From: an uncultured bacterium
GTDB lineage: Bacteria; Zixibacteria; MSB-5A5; CAIYYT01
Direction of reading: 5' to 3'
DNA length: 64,000 nt
Assembly: GCA_963726455.1 (NCBI GenBank)
Contig: CAVSCK010000003.1
Coordinates: 640,001 to 704,000, forward strand
The first letter of the stretch is position 1. Each line of letters starts with the position of its first letter. Below the pieces are notes generated by a model. It made no database searches. It had not been told where the DNA came from and worked only from the letters and a program-made list of their open reading frames with translations. Of the stretch, positions 34,094 to 43,619 are shown in pieces. The translations under genes were made by a program, and so were the position numbers.

Positions 34094-35134
34094 GTGACGA
34101 CATTGCTGATCGCAGTTGCAGGGATGGCCCTGGTGGTCTCCTATCTGACTATGCCGCTCCTAATCAAAATATCGCATCGATTTGGATTGCTGGACGAGCC
34201 GCATGGCCACAAACGCCATGAGGTACCGACACCGTTTACCGGTGGTTGGGCGGTATTCGTGTTCTTCTGGTTGGGGATTCTGGCCTGCATCAAATTCTCC
34301 CCTGAACTGCAAGGCGAGTTGAGGCATTATCTGCCAGCCTTGTTTGGCGCCCATGCTCTCATCTTTGCAGGAGGGGTGGTCGACGACCTGGTCAATCTGC
34401 GAGCGCCTTTCAAGCTGTTGATTCAGATCACTGCCGCCACCGTGCTATTTCTATCCGGCTTGAAGATTGACACGATCTACGTGCCCTTCGTCGGTTCATT
34501 CCTGCTCGGAAATCTGAGTTTTCCGGCAACAGTATTATGGGTGCTCTTAATCGTAAATGCGCTCAACATAGTGGACGGCATGGACGGTCTGGCTGCCGGT
34601 TTGTCGATAATCGGCGCTGTCGGGCTTCTATACACGGCCATCAGTCTGCACGTCCTGCCGGTAGCGGTTTTCATGGTCGTGTTGATAGCTGTGCTACTGG
34701 GATTCCTCCGTTTCAACTTTCCGAAAGCGCGGGTTTTCCTTGGAGATTCGGGGGCACAGTCGATCGGATTGATCTTTGCCGTCGCTGCCATTTACTGCCC
34801 AATCAAGAGCTACACGGTGGCGGCAATGTTCATTCCCCTCCTGGCACTGGGGGTTCCGCTGCTCGAATTGGGGATCAGTTTCCTGCGCCGGCTGATTTCC
34901 GGGAAGTCAATAGTAAGGGGCGATTCGGGTCATCTGTTCCATCTGCTGCCCCGTCGTGGCATCAGTAAACTCAAGACTGTGTTGGTGTTCTGGGGAATTG
35001 CGGCGGCGCTACAAATCTTTGTATTTACTCTTTTTCTATTTGACCGAGCTATCGTATTCTCTATATTGGTTGTGTTTATGGCAGTCGTAGCCGGGCGGTT
35101 TCTGTTTCTTCTGAGACAGGAGGAGCAAAACTAA
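34094..35134 (+). CDS. WecA/TagO-like undecaprenyl-phosphate GlcNAc-1-phosphate transferase
   Basis: P..GG, DD, NALNIVDGMDGLA and NFPKARVFLGDSG. Confidence 0.88.
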   Translation: MTTLLIAVAGMALVVSYLTMPLLIKISHRFGLLDEPHGHKRHEVPTPFTGGWAVFVFFWLGILACIKFSPELQGELRHYLPALFGAHALIFAGGVVDDLVNLRAPFKLLIQITAATVLFLSGLKIDTIYVPFVGSFLLGNLSFPATVLWVLLIVNALNIVDGMDGLAAGLSIIGAVGLLYTAISLHVLPVAVFMVVLIAVLLGFLRFNFPKARVFLGDSGAQSIGLIFAVAAIYCPIKSYTVAAMFIPLLALGVPLLELGISFLRRLISGKSIVRGDSGHLFHLLPRRGISKLKTVLVFWGIAAALQIFVFTLFLFDRAIVFSILVVFMAVVAGRFLFLLRQEEQN

Positions 35135-36096
35135 TGGCAGCGGGCGGGTACTTGGATTTCGAAAAGCCAATACTGGAGCTTGAGAAAAAGATCAAAGAGA
35201 TGAAGGAGTTCGCCTCCGGCGAGGAGATCGAGCTCTCTTCTGAAATTGTTTCTCTCGAGCGTAAACTACAGAAGCTTCAGGACGAGATATTCTCGAAGCT
35301 GTCGCGCTGGCAGCGAGTTCAGTTGGCGCGCCATCCAAATCGTCCCTACACGCTCGACTATATTGGCCATATCTTCACTGATTTCATTGAGTTACACGGC
35401 GATCGGTCATTTGCCGATGACAAGGCCGTTATCTGCGGTTTTGCCAAGCTGGACGGTCAGAAGGCATTTATCGTAGGCCAGCAGAAAGGCCGTGATACCA
35501 AGGCCAAGTTGATGCGGAACTTCGGTATGATGCATCCGGAGGGGTACCGTAAAGCGCTGCGCCTGATGAAGACTGCCGCCAGATTCAACACGCCGATCTT
35601 TATCTTTATCGATACTCCGGGCGCCTACCCGGGATTGCAGGCCGAAGAACGTGGACAGGCAGAGGCAATCGCACGCAATATTCGCGAGATGTCGGTGATG
35701 CCGGTTCCGATAATTATCACGATTATCGGCGAGGGTGCTTCGGGCGGCGCGCTGGGAATCGGCGTTGGTGACACTCTCCTGATGTTGGAGAATGCCTGGT
35801 ATTCGGTCATCTCGCCCGAGGGCTGCGCTGCCATTTTGTGGCGCGATCAGGCCAAGGCGCCGGACGCAGCCGAGGCGCTGAAACTGTCGGCGCCGGATCT
35901 ACTGGAGCTGAAAGTCATCGACAAGATTCTTCCCGAGCCGACCGGCGGTGCACATCGCAACCATCAATTGGCGGCACAGATCGTTAAAGGTGAGCTGGTG
36001 GCATCCTTGGAACAACTCAAGCAACTTTCAACCCCCGAGTTGCTGCAGCGACGCCTCAATAAATTCCGGTCTATTGGCATTTATGACGAAATCTGA
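35134..36096 (+). CDS. accA: Acetyl-CoA carboxylase carboxyltransferase alpha subunit
   Basis: LDFEKPI, ARHPNRP, ELHGDR, PEGYRKA and GEGASGGALG. Confidence 0.96.
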   Translation: MAAGGYLDFEKPILELEKKIKEMKEFASGEEIELSSEIVSLERKLQKLQDEIFSKLSRWQRVQLARHPNRPYTLDYIGHIFTDFIELHGDRSFADDKAVICGFAKLDGQKAFIVGQQKGRDTKAKLMRNFGMMHPEGYRKALRLMKTAARFNTPIFIFIDTPGAYPGLQAEERGQAEAIARNIREMSVMPVPIIITIIGEGASGGALGIGVGDTLLMLENAWYSVISPEGCAAILWRDQAKAPDAAEALKLSAPDLLELKVIDKILPEPTGGAHRNHQLAAQIVKGELVASLEQLKQLSTPELLQRRLNKFRSIGIYDEI

Positions 36097-36277
36097 CAAG
36101 AGTGGGAGTAACGGAATTGATCCTGAACTCCTGCGTGTCCTGGCATGCCCCCGTTGTAAAGGGGAGTTGAACTACAATTCTCAGACTGAATCTTTAGATT
36201 GCAATGCCTGCAAATTGCGTTATCTTGTGCGATCAGGCATCCCTAACTTATTGATTGAGGATGCCGAGACCTTTTGA
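36083..36277 (+). CDS. Trm112/YcaR-family small protein
   Basis: LLRVLACPRCKGEL..C..C..Y.VRSGIPNLL. Confidence 0.85.
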   Translation: MTKSDKSGSNGIDPELLRVLACPRCKGELNYNSQTESLDCNACKLRYLVRSGIPNLLIEDAETF

Positions 36278-36303
36278 CAGGAATATTAAGGAGCGACCAT
36301 TAA

Positions 36304-36759
36304 ATGAAATTATCGAAGTTTTGCGAGGAACATCTTATCAATTTCAACCTCGCCGGCACGACCAAGAATGAAGTGATCGAAGAATTGGTGGAGCTTGCCG
36401 CCAAGTCGAAACTCGTTAAGGACAAAGCCCTGTTACTGAAAGATATTGTCACCCGCGAAAATCTTGTTACCACCGGCGTTGGCTATGGTGTGGCCTTTCC
36501 CCATGCCAAGACCAAAGCCACGCGCGGCATTGTCATAGCGTTTGGCCGCTCCGATAGAGGAGTGGATTTTAACGCCATGGACCGCAAGCCGGTTAATCTT
36601 TTCTTCCTGATAGCCGCCCCTGAGGATGCTATCGGCGCTCACCTCAAAGTAATGGCGCATTTGTCATTCCTCATGAAATCGGAGAAGAACCGCGAGAAAC
36701 TGATGACAGTCAAGAGCCCGGGGGAATTGCTGCAGATTCTCGACACCATCAATGACTGA
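36304..36759 (+). CDS. PTS IIA-like protein (PtsN/fructose type)
   Basis: RE..TTGVGYGVAFPHA, GVDF.AMD.KPV.LFFL and HL. Confidence 0.88.
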   Translation: MKLSKFCEEHLINFNLAGTTKNEVIEELVELAAKSKLVKDKALLLKDIVTRENLVTTGVGYGVAFPHAKTKATRGIVIAFGRSDRGVDFNAMDRKPVNLFFLIAAPEDAIGAHLKVMAHLSFLMKSEKNREKLMTVKSPGELLQILDTIND

Positions 36760-36764
36760 CCCAG

Positions 36765-37562
36765 ATGAAATGGGCGACCGGCCGATTATATAAAAACAGA
36801 AAGCTATTCATGATTGTAGCGGGATTGATTATCCCGCTGCTTCTCTATGCCTTGCAGTCTGGGCAAAAGACGTTCGCCGCCCGTCCGATACAGCAGATCT
36901 TCTACGGCCCTTTCTGGTCGATCTCAAATCAGTTGACCTCGCTCCTGTACGTGTATAAAAACAATGTGGCACTGAAAGCAGAGAACGTGCGGCTTAAGTT
37001 TGAGCGGATGAGCTTCGAACAAAGTCGCGTCCAGAATGAACATTACCGCGAGATGCTGCTGTTGCTGCCGCGACCAGACTACAAGCTGATTCCTGCCGAT
37101 GTAATTGCCCACGACCAGGGAAGGCGCTGGTCGGCGGTTATGATCAGAGGAGCGGAAACGATCGATCCGTTTCTGCCGGTGGTAGACGAGGACGGACTAG
37201 TCGGAAAAGTTGCCAGCACTACCGGCTCGGTGGCAACGGTATCGCTTTTGATCGGCCCGAACTGCCGGGTAGCGGCCCGCGACCTTCAGACACGGACGCT
37301 GGGAATCGTCAAATGGAACTCCGGCCGCGGACTCTTGTTCGACGGCGTGGCTATAGAGACCGATGTCTACCCCGGGGACACGTTGATTTCCTCCGGCATG
37401 GGAGGGGTATTTCCCGAGGGCTTGACAATCGGCATCGTCGCCGAGGTTGACACTGTGGCGACGGCAGTCTTCAAGAAGATTGTGGTCGAGCCGACGGTCG
37501 ATTTCAGCTCCCTTGATAACGTAATGGTGCTTAAGCCGTTGAGTGGAAGCTTTGGCAACTAA
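36765..37562 (+). CDS. mreC: Rod shape-determining protein MreC
   Basis: N-terminal TM plus coiled coil, GLVGKV and GD.L.SSG.GGVFPEGL.IG; operon position. Confidence 0.88.
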   Translation: MKWATGRLYKNRKLFMIVAGLIIPLLLYALQSGQKTFAARPIQQIFYGPFWSISNQLTSLLYVYKNNVALKAENVRLKFERMSFEQSRVQNEHYREMLLLLPRPDYKLIPADVIAHDQGRRWSAVMIRGAETIDPFLPVVDEDGLVGKVASTTGSVATVSLLIGPNCRVAARDLQTRTLGIVKWNSGRGLLFDGVAIETDVYPGDTLISSGMGGVFPEGLTIGIVAEVDTVATAVFKKIVVEPTVDFSSLDNVMVLKPLSGSFGN

Positions 37563-38055
37563 GATCCTCAAATTCCTGCTGCTCGCCTATCTGGTGACTT
37601 TCTGCCAGACGGTACTGTCGAACGCGACATCGGTAGTCGGTATTTCGCCGAACTTCGGCACAATAATCATCCTGTTGATAGTCTTGCGAACGGAATGGAC
37701 AGTAGCGTTCCCGACCTCCTTCATGGTGGCGCTGATCATCGACGCTCTCAATCCCGACCTCTTCGGGCTGGGTACGGCGGTACGGTTCGCCATCGCGGTA
37801 GCGGTAAGTGAGATCAGGCAGCATCTCGACATTGAGCAATTACCGGCACAACTATATTTGCTGATTGGCTCGGAGATCGTGTTCCAGGTTCTCTACCAGG
37901 CGCTGGCCAATTCGTTTGATTTTGCGACGCTTTCCAGAATATACGTTGAAGTTTCCCTCCCCACTCTCGTTTATACAGCAGTTGTGGGGTTTGTTGTACT
38001 AGTCATGTCGGATATGCAATTCAAACTGGAAATCAAGAGGCGCGGCATTGGTTGA
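37543..38055 (+). CDS. mreD: Rod shape-determining protein MreD
   Basis: Hydrophobic 170-aa protein between mreC and mrdA. Confidence 0.72.
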   Translation: MEALATKILKFLLLAYLVTFCQTVLSNATSVVGISPNFGTIIILLIVLRTEWTVAFPTSFMVALIIDALNPDLFGLGTAVRFAIAVAVSEIRQHLDIEQLPAQLYLLIGSEIVFQVLYQALANSFDFATLSRIYVEVSLPTLVYTAVVGFVVLVMSDMQFKLEIKRRGIG

Positions 38056-39880
38056 TCAGGTTCCCAAAAGCTCGCGTGGCTGGATATTGACCGGTGGACT
38101 GGTCGCGGCAATCGTGCTGATTTTGGCCAAACTGGTCTTCTTGCAGGTATTCCAGTACAAATACTACTTCCAGATGTCGGAGGAAAATCGAATCCGCGTG
38201 CTCCCTCGGGCGGCGACGCGCGGCAAGATTGTCGATCGCGAGGGACGATTGCTGGCATCTGACCGTCCGGCGTACACTGTTTCGATCATTCCTTCAGAGG
38301 TTTCCAAGATCGATTATCTGGCGTCTGAACTGTCGCCGCTTCTGGAGATGGATAAACAGGCGATTGTCCGCAAGGTTGCCGACCGTCGGACTCGCAAGTA
38401 CGAGCCGGTGGCAATTCGGAAAGATTTGTCGTTCCCGGCGGTGTGCATTATCGAAGAATCCAGTGAGTTGTTTCCGGGTGTAATCTATCAACTCGACCAG
38501 ACGCGAACATATTATTTCGGCAACGCGCTCTGTCACATGATCGGCTATACCGGAGAGGTTGACGAACGTGAGTCGAAAGATCAGCAATATCGCATCGGTT
38601 CGGTCATTGGCCGCGCCGGCGTGGAGCGGCAATATGATCAGGCGCTGCGAGGCATTGATGGAATAGATTATCTCGAAGTCTCTGCAACGGGACGCATAAT
38701 TGGTCCCCTTGAGGATCGCCCAAGTAAAGATCCGATCCTCGGCGACGAATTGGGTTTAACCATCGATATGGATCTGCAAATGTGTATCGACTCCTGTTTT
38801 GGCGATACACTTGCGGGCGCCGCAGTATTTCTCGATCCCAAGACCGGCGAGATACTGGCATTGATTTCCAAGCCGGATTATGACCCGAATTTATTTGCCG
38901 GTTTCGTGTCACGCTCGGATTATCAGTCTCTGGCCGGCGACGAACGCCAGCCCCTCTTCGATCGCACTATACGAGGAACTTATCCCCCCGGGTCGACATC
39001 CAAGTTGCTCACGGCGGGAGCGGCGCTGGAAGAGGGTGTCATAACGCCCGACAGCCATTTCGGCGCCTGTCACGGCGGCTATCAGTTTGGCAACAGATAC
39101 TTTCGATGCCATCTGAAGGGCGGGCACGGCAGTCTCGACTTATATGGCGCCATCGAGCAATCGTGCGACGTTTACTTCTACCAGCTCGGGTTGAAACTGG
39201 GACTTGAGAAATGGTCCAAGTATGCGAAGGCGTGTGGATTCAATCAGATAACAGGCATCGACATACCGGCAGAGAAGTACGGATTTGTTCCGGACGAAAA
39301 GTGGTATGAAAAAACATACGGCAAGTATGGCTGGACTAAATCAGTGATGCTGAATCTTGCGATTGGACAGGGTGAATTTCTGGTGACGCCCATGGAATTG
39401 GCGCAGTTCTTTGCCGGCATGGTCAATCACGGTGTTGTAATGAAGCCGCACCTGATGCACTATCTGCGCTCGTCAAAAGGCGAAACAAATTACTACCACG
39501 CCGAAATCGCACGGGTGTTGCCTTTCTCCGAAGAGACGATGAATGTACTGATGCAGGGCTGTTTCCGAGTTGTCCAGAGTGGTACTGCTGCGAGATCGAA
39601 AATACCTGAAGTCACGATGGGTGGAAAGACAGGAACCGCACAGAATCCCCATGGAGAGGATCACGCCTGGTTCGTGGGCTATGCACCGGCGATTGATCCG
39701 CAGATTCTCGGTTGTGTAATCGTTGAGAATGCCGGCCATGGGTCAACTATTTCAGCGCCGATTGTCAAAGCCGTGTTTACGAAGTTTTTCCAGAAGAAGG
39801 GCATTATCAAGATGCCGACGCCTCCACCGATGCCGCCGTTAGTGGCCGCCGGAAACGGATATCGGGGAAATGCAAACTAG
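38048..39880 (+). CDS. mrdA: Penicillin-binding protein 2
   Basis: RGKIVDREG, YPPGSTSK (SxxK), SCDVYFY and GKTGTAQ. Confidence 0.93.
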   Translation: MVDQVPKSSRGWILTGGLVAAIVLILAKLVFLQVFQYKYYFQMSEENRIRVLPRAATRGKIVDREGRLLASDRPAYTVSIIPSEVSKIDYLASELSPLLEMDKQAIVRKVADRRTRKYEPVAIRKDLSFPAVCIIEESSELFPGVIYQLDQTRTYYFGNALCHMIGYTGEVDERESKDQQYRIGSVIGRAGVERQYDQALRGIDGIDYLEVSATGRIIGPLEDRPSKDPILGDELGLTIDMDLQMCIDSCFGDTLAGAAVFLDPKTGEILALISKPDYDPNLFAGFVSRSDYQSLAGDERQPLFDRTIRGTYPPGSTSKLLTAGAALEEGVITPDSHFGACHGGYQFGNRYFRCHLKGGHGSLDLYGAIEQSCDVYFYQLGLKLGLEKWSKYAKACGFNQITGIDIPAEKYGFVPDEKWYEKTYGKYGWTKSVMLNLAIGQGEFLVTPMELAQFFAGMVNHGVVMKPHLMHYLRSSKGETNYYHAEIARVLPFSEETMNVLMQGCFRVVQSGTAARSKIPEVTMGGKTGTAQNPHGEDHAWFVGYAPAIDPQILGCVIVENAGHGSTISAPIVKAVFTKFFQKKGIIKMPTPPPMPPLVAAGNGYRGNAN

Positions 39881-41102
39881 GAATCCCTTCGCTTCAGGCG
39901 GTTGGTCGATGTTTGTCGCCGGCGCGCTGCTGACGATCATCTCGATCATGCTGGTATATTCGGCAAATCATGATTCTCCTGATCCACGGCTGAGCGATGA
40001 CTGGGTCAAGCAGATTATTTGGTTCGGACTGGCGGCAATAGCGTTCTTTGTAACCACAGCCATTCCCCTGCGGATTCATGAGATATTCGCGCCGGTCTAT
40101 TACGGTGTCGCCGTCATCATGCTCCTGGGGCTGATACTTTTCGGCGCTTCCATGTTCGGCGCGCAACGTTGGTATAGTCTAGGCGCGTTCAGCATACAGC
40201 CGGCAGAAATCGGGAAGGTGGCTTTCATCTTCACCCTGGCGCGCTATCTAACATATAGCAGGCGTCCGATCACGAGCATCAAGAAGATAGCCGTGGCAAG
40301 TTCGATTTGCGCGGTGATTACGATACTGGTCTTGCGGCAGCCCGATTTGGGTTCGGCAGTGATTTTCGCCGTGGTCTTTCTGGTGATGATGTTCTGGGAA
40401 GGCATGGAAGTCAAGTACCTGCTATTGTTCATCACGCCCGTCGCCAGTATGATTGCGTCATCGAGTACAATTGCCTGGGTCGTCTTCTTTGCGCTATTGA
40501 TATTTGCGGTATTGCCGCTGGTAAGGTCGTCACTGGCGTTCACGCTGAGTTTGGTAACTATCAACTTAGCGGTGGGCGCATTAAGTTCAATTGTTTGGAA
40601 TCGGTTGCACGACTACCAGCAGATGCGAATTAAGATTTTTCTCGATCCGGGACAGGATCCGCTGGGAGCAGGATACCAGATTATCCAGTCGAAGGTTGCC
40701 ATTGGATCGGGGGGATTACTGGGCAAGGGATACCTGGCCGGCAGCCAGAACAAGCTCGACTTTCTGCCGTTGCGGCATACGGATTTCATATTCTCTGTGG
40801 CCGCTGAGGAATTCGGGATGATCGGCGCGGTGATTATAATTGCGCTGTTCGCTTACATATTTTATCGCGGAATTCGGGCGGCGATGAAGAGCCGCAACAC
40901 TTACAATGCGCTGGTGGCGATTGGAGCGACCTCGGCGCTGGCGTTTCAGATGTTTGTGAACATCGGGATGGTGCTGGGATTACTGCCGGTCGCGGGAGTG
41001 CCCCTGCCCTTCGTCAGTTATGGGGGGTCATCGCTTATAGTGAGCTGGATATTCCTGGGGCTGGTGGTGAATGCGGAGAGGAACTGGCAGGAGTATGCCT
41101 GA
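39870..41102 (+). CDS. rodA: SEDS peptidoglycan polymerase RodA
   Basis: GAQRW, QPAE..K, QPDLG, GYQIIQS..AIGSGG, HTDFIF and PFVSYGGSS. Confidence 0.94.
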   Translation: MQTRNPFASGGWSMFVAGALLTIISIMLVYSANHDSPDPRLSDDWVKQIIWFGLAAIAFFVTTAIPLRIHEIFAPVYYGVAVIMLLGLILFGASMFGAQRWYSLGAFSIQPAEIGKVAFIFTLARYLTYSRRPITSIKKIAVASSICAVITILVLRQPDLGSAVIFAVVFLVMMFWEGMEVKYLLLFITPVASMIASSSTIAWVVFFALLIFAVLPLVRSSLAFTLSLVTINLAVGALSSIVWNRLHDYQQMRIKIFLDPGQDPLGAGYQIIQSKVAIGSGGLLGKGYLAGSQNKLDFLPLRHTDFIFSVAAEEFGMIGAVIIIALFAYIFYRGIRAAMKSRNTYNALVAIGATSALAFQMFVNIGMVLGLLPVAGVPLPFVSYGGSSLIVSWIFLGLVVNAERNWQEYA

Positions 41103-41158
41103 TGGTGAATGATTTTGGGCCAACATGCCCGTGACAGAATGATATCGCTGAGGGAATC

Positions 41159-42118
41159 ATGACCAAGAACTTTGCAATGACCGGCGTGGCGGGATACATC
41201 GCGCCGAGACACCTGAAAGCTATCAAAGAAACCGGCAACCGGCTGCTGGCGGCCTGCGATCCGCATGATTCAGTAGGATTGCTGGACAGTTATTTCGAGG
41301 ACTGCAAATTCTTTACCGAATTCGAAAGGTTCGACCGGCACGTCGAGAAGATTCGCCGATTAGGTGATGAGCAGCGGGTGCATTACGTCACCGTCTGTTC
41401 ACCGAATTATCTTCACGACGCACACGTACGCTTTGCGCTGCGGATCGGCGCGGATGCCATCTGCGAAAAACCGGTGGTGCTGAATCCGTGGAATATCGAT
41501 GCATTGCAGGAGTTGGAGCAGGAGTCAGGCCGGCGCGTCTTTACGATTCTGCAACTGCGTGTGCATCCGTCTTTGGTGGCATTGCACGAAAAGCTGCAGA
41601 AAGAACGCGCAAACCACAAGCATGAGATCAACCTGACTTATATCACTTCGCGCGGCGCCTGGTATCTGGCATCCTGGAAAGGACAGCCGGAGCGTTCCGG
41701 CGGATTGCCGACCAACATCGGGATTCACTTTTTCGACCTGCTGATCTGGTTGTTCGGCTCCGTTCAGAATAGCCAGGTGCACCACGCTTCCGCCAAACGC
41801 GCTTGCGGATACCTCGAACTGGCGAACGCGAATGTGAAGTGGTTTTTGTCCATCGATCAGGATGATTTGCCTGAGGGTATCAAACTGAAGAAACAGCGGA
41901 CGTATCGTTCGATCACTATCGACGGACAGGAAATCGAGTTTTCCGAAGGGTTCACCGACTTACACACAGTCGTGTATCGCGAAACTTTGGCCGGACGTGG
42001 TTTCGGGCTGGATGACGCCAGGGCGTCGGTGATACTGGCGCACGACATTCGCGAATCGAAACCGACCGGCGTAGGGGTGCATTCGCATCCGTTGGCGTTA
42101 CAACTGAAATTGACTTAG
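41159..42118 (+). CDS. Gfo/Idh/MocA oxidoreductase, WbpB-like UDP-GlcNAcA 3-dehydrogenase
   Basis: GVAGYIAPRH, CEKP, NIGIHFFD and EFSEGFTDLH. Confidence 0.85.
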   Translation: MTKNFAMTGVAGYIAPRHLKAIKETGNRLLAACDPHDSVGLLDSYFEDCKFFTEFERFDRHVEKIRRLGDEQRVHYVTVCSPNYLHDAHVRFALRIGADAICEKPVVLNPWNIDALQELEQESGRRVFTILQLRVHPSLVALHEKLQKERANHKHEINLTYITSRGAWYLASWKGQPERSGGLPTNIGIHFFDLLIWLFGSVQNSQVHHASAKRACGYLELANANVKWFLSIDQDDLPEGIKLKKQRTYRSITIDGQEIEFSEGFTDLHTVVYRETLAGRGFGLDDARASVILAHDIRESKPTGVGVHSHPLALQLKLT

Positions 42119-42248
42119 GGTAACTGACGAATAGAATCTGACCTGCAGATCACACGAGGAAATTCTGTGATAGAGCACGGGTGCGAGTCTTTTTGCCTTC
42201 GGATCGTTGTAAGCCCCTGCCTCGCTGTTGGATATCACTAAATAACGA

Positions 42249-42746
42249 TCAGAATTTGAGACTCAGTTTGATTGATGCGCCGCCTTGCGGCTCCTGAAAA
42301 TCAGGGGTCACGTCAACATCGAAGCCGGCCAAATGGGCATCAACGTAGGCGTCGAACATGCTGACAAAGACGGTGATTCCGGCAGCCCAAAGATAGTCAT
42401 CGCGGCGCGTTCGATAGGATTTGTAAGTATTGAAACGTTGAAACTGGAGTGCCGGGTCGGTGGTTGCAAGTACCTGACTGTATTGATTTTCGGTCCGCTG
42501 CCACCAGTCAACGGCCTTGACAATAAAGAAGGTTTCGGCAGTGAACACAACCGCACTCTTGACGTATTTGTGGTTGTAAAGCTGCCCCCAGCCGGGGACG
42601 GCTACCGAGCGCAACAGCGCGCCCATGGGAGAACGTTTCGGCTTTGTGCGCAACCGGGGCGGAGTTGTTGACAGACTGTCGGCGGCCAGGACGGAGCCGG
42701 CAAAAAAAGCTGTCAATAGGAACGTTAAAAGGACAATCCGACGCAT
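42249..42746 (-). CDS. DUF5683-like exported or membrane protein
   Basis: A..RS..VPGWGQLYN and DAYVDAHL..F motifs. Confidence 0.7.
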   Translation of the reverse strand: MRRIVLLTFLLTAFFAGSVLAADSLSTTPPRLRTKPKRSPMGALLRSVAVPGWGQLYNHKYVKSAVVFTAETFFIVKAVDWWQRTENQYSQVLATTDPALQFQRFNTYKSYRTRRDDYLWAAGITVFVSMFDAYVDAHLAGFDVDVTPDFQEPQGGASIKLSLKF

Positions 42747-42836
42747 TGGATGGTATAATAAACAAGAGCCATGAGAGTAGCAAGGCCTTTACCAACTTGA
42801 CCTTGACAGGGTAGACGATTTCGGTATATTTTGACG

Positions 42837-43586
42837 ATGCCCTTTTCGACGAAATTGATCGAACTGCTACGGGCCAATGTACGCACAGTCGCGCTGACCG
42901 GCGCGGGTGTTTCGGCGGAATCGGGCATACCTACTTTCCGTGGCGACGACGGACTGTGGAGCAAGTTCAGTCCCTCCGAGCTTGCGTCCATGGAAGCGTT
43001 TATGCGTAACCCCAAATTGGTCTGGGAATGGTACCTTTACCGCCGCGACATTGTCGGCAGGGCCGAACCGAATCCGGGACATGAAACGCTCGCAAACATG
43101 GAGCGCCAATTGAGGGACTTTGTCCTCATCACACAGAATGTTGACAACCTTCATCGCAAGGCCGGTTCAGTGAATGTGATCGAGTTGCACGGTAACATAC
43201 AGCGCAACAAATGCATGACGTGTGGGATGCAAATCGGCGACATAATGATCGATTCGGACAACCTTCCGCGCTGTAGCTGCGGCGGACAAGTTCGTCCCGA
43301 TGTTGTCTGGTTCGGTGAGATGCTTCCGCAAGACGCTTTGATTAGCGCCACTGACAAGGCCGAACAGGCGAAGCTATTCTTTTCGATCGGAACGTCGGCG
43401 GTTGTGTATCCGGCGGCCGATCTGCCGTTGATCGCCAAGGATGCGGGCGCGTATCTGGTGGAGATCAACCCGGAACCGACACCGATTACTTGCTTTGCCG
43501 ATGAAGTGTTCACCGGCAAGTCGGGCGACATCTTGCCGGCGTTATGGGATGCAGTCGGCGAGAAAACGTCGGATGCCAGATCGTAA
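42837..43586 (+). CDS. cobB: NAD-dependent deacylase (sirtuin)
   Basis: GAGVSAESGIPTFRG, TQNVDNLH, ELHG, RPDVVWFGE and GTS..VYPAA. Confidence 0.93.
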   Translation: MPFSTKLIELLRANVRTVALTGAGVSAESGIPTFRGDDGLWSKFSPSELASMEAFMRNPKLVWEWYLYRRDIVGRAEPNPGHETLANMERQLRDFVLITQNVDNLHRKAGSVNVIELHGNIQRNKCMTCGMQIGDIMIDSDNLPRCSCGGQVRPDVVWFGEMLPQDALISATDKAEQAKLFFSIGTSAVVYPAADLPLIAKDAGAYLVEINPEPTPITCFADEVFTGKSGDILPALWDAVGEKTSDARS

Positions 43587-43619
43587 TAGCCGCAAGCAAA
43601 TGCCGAAGCGATAGAAACT

